The translations under genes and the position numbers were made by a program. Shown in pieces: positions 63,490 to 64,000 of a stretch of 64,000 nucleotides of DNA. This DNA comes from Octopus vulgaris. Its lineage: Eukaryota. Every line of letters starts with the position of its first letter. The stretch's first letter is position 1. The stretch lies in contig OX597837.1 of NCBI GenBank assembly GCA_951406725.2, positions 16,740,001-16,804,000 on the forward strand, in the 5' to 3' direction. The notes under the pieces were generated by a model that had not been told where the DNA came from, did not search any database, and was given only the letters and a program-made list of their open reading frames with translations.

Positions 63490-64000
63490 CTGGAACCAAT
63501 TAACGATGTAGGGTGAGGTATGCCTATATATATATAAAGACTGTGTAAAGGAAAACCTGAAGAAACTAGATGTGAACAAAAGTGACTGGGAAACTGATGC
63601 TCTGGTTTGAAACAAGTGGAATGGTGCTGCTTTAGGACTGGTTGCAATGCCTAGGAAGAAAAGATGATTCAGCACTCTGAGCTTAGAAGAGCCTGTCGAA
63701 AAGGAACAATTGGAATTAAAGTCAGCAGTGAATATTGGATATGTATTGTGTGTGATTGTGTTCTGTTGTCTAAAGCAGGATACGTGAAGTTACATGAAAA
63801 TTGAAATGCCCAAGTAGTTAATAATCTTGAACCCCAACCACCTCTTACAACTTGTGTCATATGTCACAAAACCTGTGTGACAATATCTGGGCTTAAAAGA
63901 CATATGCTAGGACGCAGAAGCATTCCTTCAGAATCAGATTCCAAAGGGCAAAGATATAGAAGAAATGTGCATAATATCTGTCACTTATTTGTAAACCTTA
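63490..64000 (+). mobile_element. Decayed RTE LINE C-terminus with C2H2-like fingers
   Basis: YKDCVKENLKKLDVNKSDWETDAL..KW; WICIVCDCVLLSKAG; CVICHKTCVTISGLKRHM. Confidence 0.65.

Overview
Eukaryotic, repeat-saturated DNA, most likely a coleoid cephalopod (octopus-like). This is inferred from an AT-rich ND4 fragment that reads best in the invertebrate mitochondrial code and from the repeat families; no search was run. No host protein-coding exon is confidently seen. The window is a mosaic of long microsatellites ((TA)n, (TG)n, (TATG)n, (TAA)n) and transposable elements. These include one nearly intact two-ORF L1/Tx1-type LINE (38376-44231, minus; one frameshift) plus four decayed relatives, three RTE LINEs, four CR1-type LINEs, several R4/Dong-type RLE LINE pieces, two Penelope-like (RT+GIY-YIG) elements, a Mag/Gypsy LTR+gag remnant, Tc1/mariner remnants, a hAT MITE with a perfect 8-bp TSD, SINEs and a NUMT. 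Most notable: (1) (TAA)n tracts appear to be a shared, strand-polarised landing pad for unrelated retroelements; (2) a tRNA-headed SINE carries such a tract internally plus a minimal hammerhead-ribozyme motif, and has been split by ~8.4 kb of nested insertions; (3) that stack lies in a 10-kb composite insert interrupting an older Tx1 copy; (4) several hammerhead-like motifs occur in short terminally redundant units. No prokaryote-type system (CRISPR, operon) is present.
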